Source: Candidatus Altimarinota bacterium (lineage in GTDB: Bacteria > Patescibacteriota > Gracilibacteria > UBA1369). Taken from it: a stretch of 64,000 bases of DNA. How positions within the stretch are numbered: the first letter of the stretch is position 1; the number at the start of each line of letters is the position of its first letter. Below the pieces are notes generated by a model. The model was not told the DNA's origin. It did no database searches and saw only the letters and a program-made list of their open reading frames with translations. Location: NCBI GenBank assembly GCA_963677745.1, contig OY782391.1:1271836-1335835 (forward strand), in the 5' to 3' direction. The position numbers and the translations under genes are program-made. Positions 49,280 to 59,489 of the stretch are shown here, one piece after another.

Positions 49280-49306
49280 AAAAAGGGGAGCGATGCTCCC
49301 CTTTAA
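49278..49306. terminator. Bidirectional terminator between convergent genes
   Basis: AAAAAAGGGGAGC-GAT-GCTCCCCTTT. Confidence 0.8.
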
Positions 49307-49309
49307 ATA

Positions 49310-50530
49310 TTATTCTTCTTTTTTCTCTTTCTTAACCACCTTCTTTTTCACCACTTTCTTTTCTTTCTTTTCTTCAGTGGCTTCTTCTTCGGTGTCATCG
49401 CTTTCCTCGTTCTCTGACTTCTTTTTTACTTTCTTATCCTTTTCAGCCGGTTCGGTCAGAGCTTTGATGGAAAGCCCTACTCTGTGTTCCTCCGGTTCAA
49501 TTGCTATCACCTTGGCCTTAACCTTTTCTCCAACTTTCAACACCAGGCTTGGATCAGCTACCTCCTCATGAGAGATTTCACTTACGTGAATCAGTCCGTT
49601 GATATCGTCACTCAGTTTAATAAATGCTCCAAATGGGGTGATTCTGTTTATTTCACCTTCGATAACAGTCCCCAGTTGATATTTCTTGGTTGCTTCCAGC
49701 CATGGATCTTCTGTCAGTCTCTTCATGGAGAGTGAGATTTTGTCTCCCTCCAGGCCGATCACCATTACTTTTACCTCTTCACCCAGTCTTCCGTAGTCGG
49801 AAGGATTCTTAACATGGCCCCAGGCAATTTCTGAAATATGGACCAGGCCTTCCAGGCCGTTGAAAGCCACAAAAATACCAAACTTAACTACGCCGCTGAT
49901 TTTTCCTGTGACAACATCACCGGCCTTGATTCCTTCCAGAGCGGTTTGTCTCTGTTCCTCCATCGCGGCTTTTTCTGACAAAATCAGTTTACCGTTATCC
50001 TTGTCGATGTTAATGATTTTTACTCTGAATCTCTGCCCGACCAGTTCCTGCAGTCTCTGCAAAATCATATTGGAATCGGCTCCATTGACGCGTGGATAAT
50101 GCATCGGAGCGAGCTGTGAAACCGGAATAAAACCTTTGATTCCGTCTATATCCAGCAGCAGACCGCCTTTATTGGCCTCGCTTGCGGAAACTTCAATAAC
50201 CAGAGCTTTTTCATAAGCATCCGAGAATTTCTTCCAGGTCTTTTCCTGTGAAGCTTTGCGGAGTGACATAACGATGTATCCCTCCTCGTTCTCATTGTCT
50301 ATAACATAGGCCGAAACGGTGTCTCCGACTTTCAATGATTTTACTGTTTCACCGCTGTCCTTGGCTTCACGTCCGCTGATCAAACCGACGGCTATACCGT
50401 TGATATCGACCAGTATTTTATTCTTATAAATCGCGATTACTTCGCCCTCCACCAGTTCTCCGGGAGTAGGCAATTTAAAATCAGGAATCTGAGCTAAAAA
50501 TCCTTGATCTTTAGGGATAGCTTTGTTCAT
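49310..50530 (-). CDS. rpsA: 30S ribosomal protein S1 (four S1 domains, charged tail)
   Basis: NKGGLL..GFIPVSQL, FGIFV...GLVHISEIAW, FGAFI...GLIHVSEI. The likely ATG is at 50530; the track extends to 50602. Confidence 0.9.
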   Translation of the reverse strand: MNKAIPKDQGFLAQIPDFKLPTPGELVEGEVIAIYKNKILVDINGIAVGLISGREAKDSGETVKSLKVGDTVSAYVIDNENEEGYIVMSLRKASQEKTWKKFSDAYEKALVIEVSASEANKGGLLLDIDGIKGFIPVSQLAPMHYPRVNGADSNMILQRLQELVGQRFRVKIINIDKDNGKLILSEKAAMEEQRQTALEGIKAGDVVTGKISGVVKFGIFVAFNGLEGLVHISEIAWGHVKNPSDYGRLGEEVKVMVIGLEGDKISLSMKRLTEDPWLEATKKYQLGTVIEGEINRITPFGAFIKLSDDINGLIHVSEISHEEVADPSLVLKVGEKVKAKVIAIEPEEHRVGLSIKALTEPAEKDKKVKKKSENEESDDTEEEATEEKKEKKVVKKKVVKKEKKEE

Positions 50531-50651
50531 ACTAAAGTTGGCCTGGCAGTTATTAAATATAAAACCTGATTGCAGGGCACCTACCTGGCCATACAGCCCC
50601 AATCAAGCGCAACAAGTCTAAATTCAAGTAAATATATAGTCAAGTTAAACT

Positions 50652-51416
50652 ATGAAAAACAATAATTACTGGCGTTTTATTCTGAGAGAGACCACTTTGC
50701 CCGAGCATCTCACTCCCGGCCAAAATTACCTGCTGGAACGGCAGGAAGAGGATTTGTTGTATCAGTTGACCCGCGTACTGCGGGCCAAAGTTGGGGACAG
50801 CGTCATCCTGATGAACAAAAACAGATCATTGTCCGAAAATTATGAGGCTCATTTTCAAGTGCAGGAAATCAATAAAAATCAGATAAAATTGGTTTTTGAG
50901 TCCGGAAAAATCCTTTATGACCCTTTGCCACAGGAACTCTCTCTGGCTTTGGCCCTGCCAAACAAACCGGCCAAGCTGGAAATGATCCTCCAGCACTGCA
51001 CCGAACTGGGCGTCTCCCGTTTCAAACTGATTGAAAGTGAATACAGTAATTATCACCATCAACTGAGGATGGACCGGCTGGAAACAATCCTGATGGAAGC
51101 GGTGGAGCAGTCTGAAAGAGCCAGGATCCCCCAAATAATCTCTTACGTCAGTCTGGACCAGTATTTTGAGCTGGCTGATAATGACTGTTACGCGGGACTG
51201 GAAAGACAGTCGGACTTGAATCACCGATTTCTGCAAGAACCGCTTACCGGCAAAGTTGACGTATTAATTGGTCCGGAGGGGGGATTCAGCGAAAGAGAAA
51301 TCAACTTAATCAAGGCAAGCTCCAAAGGGACATTCTCGTTGGGAAAACAGATCCTCCGCAACGAGACTGCAGCCCTGGTGGCCTGCGGACTGTTTGGTCT
51401 TATGCTGCAGGGATAA
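50652..51416 (+). CDS. rsmE: 16S rRNA m3U1498 methyltransferase
   Basis: RVLR, TELGV, EAVEQSER, IGPEGGFS, SLGKQILRNETAA. Confidence 0.93.
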   Translation: MKNNNYWRFILRETTLPEHLTPGQNYLLERQEEDLLYQLTRVLRAKVGDSVILMNKNRSLSENYEAHFQVQEINKNQIKLVFESGKILYDPLPQELSLALALPNKPAKLEMILQHCTELGVSRFKLIESEYSNYHHQLRMDRLETILMEAVEQSERARIPQIISYVSLDQYFELADNDCYAGLERQSDLNHRFLQEPLTGKVDVLIGPEGGFSEREINLIKASSKGTFSLGKQILRNETAALVACGLFGLMLQG

Positions 51417-54027
51417 CTTTCTTTGTTTTTACGGCTTTTTTGAGAGTCTTTTTCCTCAGGACAATTTTATCCGCTTCTTTTTCAATCAGTACGGTGTCGC
51501 CGTCATTGAATTTTTCTGACAAAAAACCCTCAGTAAGCTGATCCTCAACCAGTTCCTGGATTTTTCTGCGAACCGGTCTGGCCCCGTATTCCGGATCAAA
51601 ACTTTCATCTGCCAGTTTCTCCAGTGCGGCCGGAGAGCATTCCAGCATGATTTTCTTTGACTCAATTCTGGTCTGTAATCGCTCCAGATGAAGTTTTACA
51701 ATTTCCTTAATATGTTCATGGGTCAAAGCCTTGAAGACGATAGTCTTGTCAATTCTGTTCAGAAATTCGGGCCTGAAATGCTTTTTAAGTTCTTCCAGTA
51801 CATCCTGCTTTAGTCTTTCATAGTCCTGTTCGGCTTTGGTCAATTCGTCATTGTTGAGGTTGAAACCGATCGGAGCAGCCCGTTCCGTAAGGCTCTTTGA
51901 CCCGATATTGGTGGTCATGATGACAATGGTGTTCTTGAAATCGATCATGCGGCCTTTGGCATCGGTCAGAGTACCGTCTTCCAGAATTTGCAGGAGCAGA
52001 TTAAACACATCCTGATGAGCTTTTTCAATTTCATCAAAAAGAATAACGGCATAGGGTTTTCTGCGGACGGCTTCAGTCAGCTGACCACCCTCCTCGTAAC
52101 CGACATAGCCGGCGGTAGCTCCAACCAGTCTGGAGGTGTTGTGACGTTCCATGAACTCACTCATATCAATTTTAATCAGGGCGTCGCGGTCATTGAAGAC
52201 CTCCTGGGCCAGGGCTTTTACCAGTTCGGTTTTACCAATACCGGTCGGGCCCATGAAAATAAACGAACCGATCGGCCGGCGTTCGTCGGAAATACCGACT
52301 CTCGATCTGCGGATTGCCTGGGAAACGGCTTTTACAGCTTCTTCCTGACCGATAATTCTCTTTTTAAGTTTTTCTTCCAGATTAATCAGCCGGGTTTTGT
52401 CATCCTTAACCAGACGGGAAACATCAATTCCGGTCATCTGGCCAACCACTCTGGCAATATCGTCAACCGCCACAATTTGTCTTTGCTCTCTGGGAATTTT
52501 TATATAACGGTTACTTTCAATTTCTTTCAAAACTTTTAATTCCTTGTCCCTTAATGCTGCAGCGTGTTCATAATCCTGTTTGGACACACTTTCTTCTTTT
52601 TCTTTGATGATTTTTGCCAGTTCTTTTTGCAGAAGGCGAATTTTATCATTGTTGCCTCTGATTTTTAGACGTTTCAGGGAGGCTGCCTCATCCAGTAAGT
52701 CGATTGCCTTGTCCGGCAGAAATCTGTCATTTATATAGCGTTTGGAAAGAGTAACCGATGCTTCCAGGGCCTCATCGGAAATAATCAGGTTGTGATGGTC
52801 CTCAAAACCTTCACGAATTCCACGTATCATCAGCAAAGTGTCATCGGGAGAGGGTTCATCCACCTTTACGGGTTGAAATCTTCGTTCAAAAGCGGCGTCT
52901 GCTTCCACCTGTTTTCTATATTCATTGATGGTAGTCGCACCGATCACCTGAACTTTTCCTCTGGACAAGGCCGGTTTCAAAATATTGGATGCGTCCAGAC
53001 TGCCTTCGGCGCTGCCGGCTCCTATCACCGTATGTAATTCATCAATAAATAAAATTACGTTGCCGACACTGGTTGCCTCATCAATAATCTGTTTGATCCT
53101 TTCTTCAAACTCACCTCTGTATTTGGTTCCGGCAACAACAGAAGACATTTGCAGTGAAAGAATTTTTTTATCCAGTAAAGTGTCCGGGACTTCCTCATTA
53201 ACCAAAGCATAGGCAATTCCTTCGGCAATGGCGGTTTTTCCTACACCGGGCTCGCCGATAAAAACCGGATTATTCTTGGTTTTTCTGCAAAGAATGCTGA
53301 TGCCGCGTTCAATCTCTTTTTTTCTTCCAATTACCGGGCTCAATTTGCCCTGACGGCACTCCACGGTAAGATCGGTGGTGAAATAATCCAGGGCAGGAGT
53401 TTTGGATGGCTGTCCTTGTTTCTCGCCCTTTTTATACTTGGTTTTGCCTTCCATTTCTGCCTGAGGGTTGCCCATCATCATCCCCTGTAATCCGTTCAGG
53501 AAAAACTCAAAGGGATTGACGGTCTGTTGTCCGTTGGCGGCATTCGGTCCTGCTGCAACCGACTGAAGATTGGATTTTTCAAAATTCTTGATCAATTGTT
53601 CCTTGATGTCCGCCGGATTTACTTTCATATTCTCCAGTATCACCGTGGCGGCAGTATCATCCTGACAGACCAACGCATAAAGAAGGTGTTCTGTCCCGAC
53701 ATAACTGTGATTGTAGGCATGCGCGGCTCTGACGGCTTCTTCAATAATTTTTTTGGCTTTGCCTGATAAACCTCCCCAGCCTCCCTGTGGCGAATTTTGG
53801 GGGGCGTTAATTCTTCCAACGCTTTTAATCACCATATCAACATTTTCCAGGCTCACTCCGAAACCGCCCAGAATAGTTGAGCCGAGAGACTGTTTCTGGC
53901 TCAGTACTCCCATCAGCACGTGTTCCGTTCCGACATAATTACGTTTTGCGTCTTTAGCTTTCTCTTGAGCCACAATCAAGGCCTGCTTGGCCTCCTTGGT
54001 AAATTTCTCAAAATTTGTGTCTGGCAT
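51400..54027 (-). CDS. clpC: ATP-dependent Clp protease ATP-binding subunit ClpC
   Basis: Clp-N repeats (YVGTEH twice), two AAA modules (GEPGVGKT, GPTGIGKT), UVR-type middle domain, PIGF ClpP-binding loop. Confidence 0.93.
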   Translation of the reverse strand: MPDTNFEKFTKEAKQALIVAQEKAKDAKRNYVGTEHVLMGVLSQKQSLGSTILGGFGVSLENVDMVIKSVGRINAPQNSPQGGWGGLSGKAKKIIEEAVRAAHAYNHSYVGTEHLLYALVCQDDTAATVILENMKVNPADIKEQLIKNFEKSNLQSVAAGPNAANGQQTVNPFEFFLNGLQGMMMGNPQAEMEGKTKYKKGEKQGQPSKTPALDYFTTDLTVECRQGKLSPVIGRKKEIERGISILCRKTKNNPVFIGEPGVGKTAIAEGIAYALVNEEVPDTLLDKKILSLQMSSVVAGTKYRGEFEERIKQIIDEATSVGNVILFIDELHTVIGAGSAEGSLDASNILKPALSRGKVQVIGATTINEYRKQVEADAAFERRFQPVKVDEPSPDDTLLMIRGIREGFEDHHNLIISDEALEASVTLSKRYINDRFLPDKAIDLLDEAASLKRLKIRGNNDKIRLLQKELAKIIKEKEESVSKQDYEHAAALRDKELKVLKEIESNRYIKIPREQRQIVAVDDIARVVGQMTGIDVSRLVKDDKTRLINLEEKLKKRIIGQEEAVKAVSQAIRRSRVGISDERRPIGSFIFMGPTGIGKTELVKALAQEVFNDRDALIKIDMSEFMERHNTSRLVGATAGYVGYEEGGQLTEAVRRKPYAVILFDEIEKAHQDVFNLLLQILEDGTLTDAKGRMIDFKNTIVIMTTNIGSKSLTERAAPIGFNLNNDELTKAEQDYERLKQDVLEELKKHFRPEFLNRIDKTIVFKALTHEHIKEIVKLHLERLQTRIESKKIMLECSPAALEKLADESFDPEYGARPVRRKIQELVEDQLTEGFLSEKFNDGDTVLIEKEADKIVLRKKTLKKAVKTKKVIPAA

Positions 54028-54138
54028 CCTGTTTCTTGTTTAAATATTTCAATACATTTTAGCATATATAAGCCATCAAAATCATGCCTTACTGGCTAAA
54101 TACTCTTTACTTAAAATCAATATATGCATTTGTTATAA

Positions 54139-54179
54139 TTAGCACTCACGATTATAAAGTGCTAAAAAGTGAAAGTCAA
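54139..54179 (-). promoter_or_regulatory. CIRCE (HrcA operator) overlapping the clpC sigma70 promoter
   Basis: TTAGCACTC-N9-AAGTGCTAA (54139-54165, one mismatch to consensus); minus-strand TTGACT-17 nt-TATAAT (54179-54151). Confidence 0.85.
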
Positions 54180-54186
54180 TTGAATG

Positions 54187-55584
54187 CTATTGCAACGTAG
54201 CTGCCATCTGCTGGAGCAATCCCTGTTTTGATTTGTCTGCCGTTAGCCTGAAAATCTTTCCATTATATTCGGTATAGACGGAAGTTGAAGCTCCGTCATT
54301 GACCATTACCATATTTACACCGTTATATTCGGTATTCTTGCCGCTGGGCAAAGTTCCTTTGACAATATCCAGCGTGATTTCACCGGAAGTTTCCTCCAGA
54401 GGTTCGCTGCCAAATTGATAGGAGCGGATTGCGTCAGCAGAACTGGCTCCGACGCTGCCGAAATAATAACTTTTTGGATACTGGATAGAAAACTTTTGAG
54501 ATTCACTGCTAAACGTCTCAAACCCGCTGATGGTTCCCCCTGAACCGCCTGATGAAAAAGTATCCGACTCCTCAGGTATTTCAGTCTCAGTTTCGGTCGA
54601 CGTCTCTTCACTGACCGGGACATCAATGTTTTCTCCGGTCAAAGAAGTCTGTTCGTCCGTGGAATTGGAGGTGCTGCCGGATGCACCTCCGCTTTCCGTT
54701 GATCGTGAATCTTCGGAATCAGATGACTGGCTCGTTGTATTGGTAAAATCCAAGGAGGCCAGTATGTCATAAAACATATTTTGTTGTTCCACCAGATTCT
54801 TCTCTGAAAAAGATGCTGAAAAACCGATCTTATAAGAAGTCTCGCCCGCCATCAGAAAATATTCCACTCCGCCGCCTGATAGGGATTTTTTGTATGCTTC
54901 GATAGCTTTCTGGCTGATCTTGCTCCGTGTAAAACCTCCGGCCAGCACATCTGCCGAATCAAGGCTTGCAACTCCCATGGAACCGGTCATGCCTGACAAA
55001 CCTTCGGATAATTTTTCAATCTGAATCTGAGTCTGATCTCCGTTGTCCGCTGTATTTACGGTTTTGGGGAGCTGTGAATCACTTTCGCCATCCAGACCGG
55101 TATTTTCCGTATCGGGTTTTTTGGTGATTGTAATTTGATTCGGGCTTTCCTGGACCAGATAATCATCGCGGTACTTGAATCCCAGTGAAAGATTATCCGA
55201 GTTATAGTCAAGCCATTGCGGTAAACTGTCTTCCGTATTCTGTTCGACATCGATCACGTCAATACTGGTAACTGTCATCAACTGAACCTTGTCCGTAGTT
55301 CTCATTATTTCTCCCATTACCTCCACTTCCTTGTTGTTATATTTTTCATTATTAAAATCGACGGTGTCGCTTTTTAAATAAAGATTTTTACCATCCTCCA
55401 TCCGTAAGAGATGGGTGGCCTGGCTGGAGGTATAGGCTCCCCCCAGAGACTGCAGCACGCCGATTCTTCTTTCCTGTCCCATTGTCGATTTCTGTACTTC
55501 TTCCGGATTTACGGACTTGGAGTTCTGGCAGCCGTTAATGGAAATGGCCGCAAAAGCCGCCAATATTACTAGAACTTTTTTCAT
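54187..55584 (-). CDS. Putative lipoprotein with PsbP-like domains and an S/T/E-rich linker
   Basis: Likely start MKKVLVILAAFAAISINGC (lipobox-like); FKYRDDY and FSIQYPKSY patterns. The track start at 55731 overlaps ruvB. Confidence 0.7.
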   Translation of the reverse strand: MKKVLVILAAFAAISINGCQNSKSVNPEEVQKSTMGQERRIGVLQSLGGAYTSSQATHLLRMEDGKNLYLKSDTVDFNNEKYNNKEVEVMGEIMRTTDKVQLMTVTSIDVIDVEQNTEDSLPQWLDYNSDNLSLGFKYRDDYLVQESPNQITITKKPDTENTGLDGESDSQLPKTVNTADNGDQTQIQIEKLSEGLSGMTGSMGVASLDSADVLAGGFTRSKISQKAIEAYKKSLSGGGVEYFLMAGETSYKIGFSASFSEKNLVEQQNMFYDILASLDFTNTTSQSSDSEDSRSTESGGASGSTSNSTDEQTSLTGENIDVPVSEETSTETETEIPEESDTFSSGGSGGTISGFETFSSESQKFSIQYPKSYYFGSVGASSADAIRSYQFGSEPLEETSGEITLDIVKGTLPSGKNTEYNGVNMVMVNDGASTSVYTEYNGKIFRLTADKSKQGLLQQMAATLQ

Positions 55585-55585
55585 G

Positions 55586-56638
55586 TTATTTTTCGGTATT
55601 ATTAATAAATTCAAATCCAAGGTGCTGATAGGCGCGTTCAGTAGCTGTACGGCCTCTGTTGGTTCTCTCCAGTAAGCCCAATTGTAATAAAAAAGGTTCA
55701 TAAACCTCCTCGATGGTACTCTCCTCATCACTGGTGGCTGCCGCCAGACTGCCCAGCCCTACCGGTCCGCCCCTGAATTTTTCAATAATAGTGGAAAGTA
55801 TTTGTCTATCCATTTCATCCAGTCCCAATGCGTCAATACCCAATAAATCCAGGCATTTCCCGGCCAGCTTGGCATTAATCTGTGTCTGGCCGTGCACCAG
55901 TGCAAAATCCCTGACCCGCTTGAGCAGTCTGTTGGCGATTCTGGGGGTTTGTCGTGCCGATCTGGCAAGTAAGGCCGATGATTGCGGATCAAGCTTGATG
56001 TTAAGTTTGTCCGCCGATCTGAGAATTATTTCCGTGATTTCCGATTCCGAATAAAATTGCAGCCGATACACTGCTCCAAACCTGTCTCGGAGCGGGGAAG
56101 AAAGCATACTCATTTTAGTGGTTGCTCCCACCAGCGTAAAGCGGGGTAATTTCAATCGCATGCTCTTGGCTGCCGGTCCCTTGCCGATCACCAGGTCGAT
56201 GGCAAAATCCTCCATGGCCGAATAAAGAATTTCTTCAATTGCCGGTTTCAACCTGTGGATTTCGTCGATAAAAAGAATATCATTTTCTTTGAGATTGGTA
56301 ATTATTGAAGCGATGTCCCCCTGCTTTTCCAGTGCGGGTCCTGAGGTGATCCTGACACTTGCTCCTATTTCATTTCCGATAATATTGGCCAAAGTAGTCT
56401 TGCCTAATCCCGGCGGACCGTGCAGCAGAATATGGTCAAGCGGTTCACTGCGTAACTTGGCAGACTCTATCAGATAGCCCAGATTGACCTTAATATCTGC
56501 CTGGCCGACATATTCACTTAAAACTCTGGGACGTAGACTTGCATCAAGATTGGTGTCCGTTTCGGTTACGGAGCTGGAAGACATCACGGTTTCATTCTTT
56601 TTGGACTGATTGGAAAATCTTTTGATGGTCACCGGCAA
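55586..56638 (-). CDS. ruvB: Holliday junction branch migration helicase RuvB
   Basis: LRPRVLSEYVGQ, GPPGLGKTT, FIDEIHRL, TPRIANRLL. The start may be the ATG at 56584. Confidence 0.97.
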   Translation of the reverse strand: MPVTIKRFSNQSKKNETVMSSSSVTETDTNLDASLRPRVLSEYVGQADIKVNLGYLIESAKLRSEPLDHILLHGPPGLGKTTLANIIGNEIGASVRITSGPALEKQGDIASIITNLKENDILFIDEIHRLKPAIEEILYSAMEDFAIDLVIGKGPAAKSMRLKLPRFTLVGATTKMSMLSSPLRDRFGAVYRLQFYSESEITEIILRSADKLNIKLDPQSSALLARSARQTPRIANRLLKRVRDFALVHGQTQINAKLAGKCLDLLGIDALGLDEMDRQILSTIIEKFRGGPVGLGSLAAATSDEESTIEEVYEPFLLQLGLLERTNRGRTATERAYQHLGFEFINNTEK

Positions 56639-56667
56639 AAATTAATTGCCCGTGCAATATAACAAAT

Positions 56668-57252
56668 TTATTCCAATGTTGCCACTTTACCGGAGGGGAT
56701 TTCGGATTTCTGGTTAATTACGGGAACTTCAGGCATTTTTTTGAAGACAGGTTTTGCCGTCTCCAGTCCTGAATGCTGACGGGAAAGAGTAGTGACGAAA
56801 AATTTTATTTCTTCAGGGTCCGGCGCCTGGTTGAAAACCAAAATGGTTTTGGTTGAGGAGGTTTCTATCTTCAGAATGCCAAAATCCAGGATTTTAAATT
56901 TGGAAAGAAAACCGTTCTCAGAAGAACCAATATCCTGAATATCATTAAGGTTGGCCTGGTTTTCGGTGTATTTAAAAAGATTAATCCAGTCCAGATGCAC
57001 CACCCGCTGATTGGTAATTACCAGGGTGTCCAGATAATACATCAGAAAATCGTAGGCTGTAACCAGTGCAAACAGTGCCAGAATTGAAAAGGTCATTGTC
57101 CAGTCGAGCCAAGCGGGGGTCAATATGCTGATTACAAAGACCAGCATAAAAAACGGGAGACTGGCAGCCCAAACCTTTACTCCTCTCCAGAAAAAGAAAA
57201 ATTTATGGTGATGGTAAACTTTGATAATTTGCTCTCCCTTTTGCAGTTTCAT
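56668..57252 (-). CDS. Membrane protein with a bacterial PH domain (bPH_2-like)
   Basis: Two TM helices, then LVITNQRVV...IQDI...DFGIL.IET. Confidence 0.75.
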   Translation of the reverse strand: MKLQKGEQIIKVYHHHKFFFFWRGVKVWAASLPFFMLVFVISILTPAWLDWTMTFSILALFALVTAYDFLMYYLDTLVITNQRVVHLDWINLFKYTENQANLNDIQDIGSSENGFLSKFKILDFGILKIETSSTKTILVFNQAPDPEEIKFFVTTLSRQHSGLETAKPVFKKMPEVPVINQKSEIPSGKVATLE

Positions 57253-57323
57253 AACGCGGTTGGGATAATTCTAAAGCAAATATTAACACAAAACTTTCAA
57301 AAATCAACTAAAGCAGCACAAAA

Positions 57324-57400
57324 TGGTGCGCCCGACACGATTCGAACGTGTGACCTTTGCCTTAGAAGGGCACTGCTCTATCCAACTGAGCTACGGGCGC
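57324..57400 (-). tRNA. tRNA-Arg (anticodon TCT)
   Basis: Reverse complement GCGCCCGTAGCTCAGTTGGATAGAGCAGTGCCCTTCTAAGGCAAAGGTCACACGTTCGAATCGTGTCGGGCGCACCA. Confidence 0.96.
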
Positions 57401-57448
57401 ATTGCGTCCACGATTTTACTGAACAGCAGGACTTAAATCAACCTAAAA

Positions 57449-59419
57449 TTAGACTCTCTTAAAAAAATCCGCCAAGTCATCTTCATTTACAACCAGCGTG
57501 TTTTCATATTTCAGCTTACCGCCAGCCTTCATCAAAATTACTTTGTAAAGAATCTGGGCGACCTGAGCACGGCTGATCTGGTCGTTCGGGTGGAAAAGGT
57601 TGGAACTGGTATCAAGAAGGTTTTTGTCTTTGGCCAGAGCTATATAACCGTAAAACCAGTCTTTGCGGGAAACGTCGTTGTATAACGCGGTCAAAGGTAC
57701 ATAGTCTTTGGCATTGAACCCGGAAGCTTCCACCAGCATCTTGGTAAATTCCGCCTTGGTAACAGAGTTGGCAGGCTTAAACAGATTGCCGGAATATCCC
57801 TTCACCACGCCTTCTTTCTGGGCGGCCGAAATATATCTGGCATACCAGGCTTTGGAGTCCGTATCGGAAAATTCCAGTACCACCCGGGAATTTACTTCTT
57901 TATTTAAGCCTTCGTAAATAAATTTAAGTGCTTCCACTCGTGTTACTTTGTTATTTGGCTTGAAAGATCCGTCGGGATAACCGCGAACAATGTCGTTGTC
58001 CTTCAGAAAGTTTACCGCCACCCAGCTTTCATCTGTCTCGTTCAGGTCGGTAAATCCGCTTTCCTGTATCACGTCTGAAAGCCTGACAATTTCGCCGGCC
58101 ATTACGCTGACTCTGATACCGAATTCGGCAGTCGGGGTAACAGTGAACTCAGCTACGCCGTTCTGGAAGTCACCGGCCGCCAGATAACTCTTGGGAAGTG
58201 TGGCGCTGCCGTTTTCTACTTTTATATAAAGCTCACTTGACGGTTTATAATTGGTAATCAGATTGCCCGAACTGTCCAGGGCCAGGACTTTAAAGTTCAG
58301 CGGGGTGCCGACTTTGAATGAGGAATTATATTTCAGCTCCAGGGAAGCGAGAGCCGGTGTAAAACTAACGGAGGGCTGGGAAGTGACGTTTACCGGTGTG
58401 TTGGGTGTCGTTTCGACTGAGTCAATCGGAGGAAGCTCTGATTCAGCCATATCATTGACGTTGGAAGTTCCGGTAGTATTTGCGGTTGTAGTGGAGATGG
58501 AACCGGTATTGGTTTCAACCGGAGTGGTGACAGTGGGAGTAACGCTGGAATTGCCCTGGTAATTAAGGTATTTCTGTACATAAGCTACCGGACTGATGGT
58601 TGTGGCCAAAGCCTTGTCTTTGTTAAGACCGGCACTAACCGCATCCCAGAAACTTAGTCCGGCATCAGAGGCTTCTTTTGTAGTAAATGGCCAGTATATG
58701 TGCCAGGGAGCCTGGTCATTGTCGATTTGAAAATGCAAATGTGGAGTGGTGGTAGTACCTGAATTACCGCTATAACCAATCAGTTGGCCCTTACTGACCG
58801 AATCTCCTTCCGCTACCGACAGACTGGACATATGCCCGTATCCGGAATAGTAAGTGGTCAGTACGGACTGGTTATCAAGCGAAGGAACGCTGTCATGTCT
58901 CAGCACGATATGATTTCCAAAACCACCCGGCTGATTGGCGGCTTTTTCAACTATACCGTTGGCGATAGCATAAATTGGAGTCCCGGATGGGATTTTTATG
59001 TCGACTGCCAAATGGCTGCCGGCATATTCCTGGCCGTCCAGTTTATAGTTTCCCATGTAGGGGGTGCTGTAGGTCACTTGAGCGTTGCGGATACTTTTGT
59101 CGGCGGGCTTGCTGAAATTCAGACTGGAAAAGGGGATCGTCAACTGGCTGGGCAGATACTGAGGAATGTCGATAAATTTATTCTGGGGAATCTGATCATA
59201 TGGCAGTTTCCACTCAGAGGTGCTCAGATCAACCCAGTTGGGGACTTTTTTAACCGGGTAGGTCGTACCGTCAAACGGTGCCGATTTTTTCCCGCCCAGA
59301 AGATTGGCCTGGAAGTCAGTCAGATTCACGTTCAGCATTACACCTGCTACCAGGAATGCCAAGACTACTGTAATCAGTTGTTTGGCGTTTTTTCTCCAAA
59401 AATGAACTATCCTTTTCAT
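57449..59419 (-). CDS. M23 peptidase with C-terminal SLH domains
   Basis: HLAVDI, YGHMS, TTPHLHFQ; SLH motifs GYPDGSFKP..VTRVE, VKGY..FKP..VTKAE, ISRAQ. Confidence 0.9.
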   Translation of the reverse strand: MKRIVHFWRKNAKQLITVVLAFLVAGVMLNVNLTDFQANLLGGKKSAPFDGTTYPVKKVPNWVDLSTSEWKLPYDQIPQNKFIDIPQYLPSQLTIPFSSLNFSKPADKSIRNAQVTYSTPYMGNYKLDGQEYAGSHLAVDIKIPSGTPIYAIANGIVEKAANQPGGFGNHIVLRHDSVPSLDNQSVLTTYYSGYGHMSSLSVAEGDSVSKGQLIGYSGNSGTTTTPHLHFQIDNDQAPWHIYWPFTTKEASDAGLSFWDAVSAGLNKDKALATTISPVAYVQKYLNYQGNSSVTPTVTTPVETNTGSISTTTANTTGTSNVNDMAESELPPIDSVETTPNTPVNVTSQPSVSFTPALASLELKYNSSFKVGTPLNFKVLALDSSGNLITNYKPSSELYIKVENGSATLPKSYLAAGDFQNGVAEFTVTPTAEFGIRVSVMAGEIVRLSDVIQESGFTDLNETDESWVAVNFLKDNDIVRGYPDGSFKPNNKVTRVEALKFIYEGLNKEVNSRVVLEFSDTDSKAWYARYISAAQKEGVVKGYSGNLFKPANSVTKAEFTKMLVEASGFNAKDYVPLTALYNDVSRKDWFYGYIALAKDKNLLDTSSNLFHPNDQISRAQVAQILYKVILMKAGGKLKYENTLVVNEDDLADFFKRV

Positions 59420-59489
59420 TTTGATTTTTGTTTTGTGAAAATATTCTTTAAATTATAGCTGAAAATACCTAATTATTCAAACCGGACCT

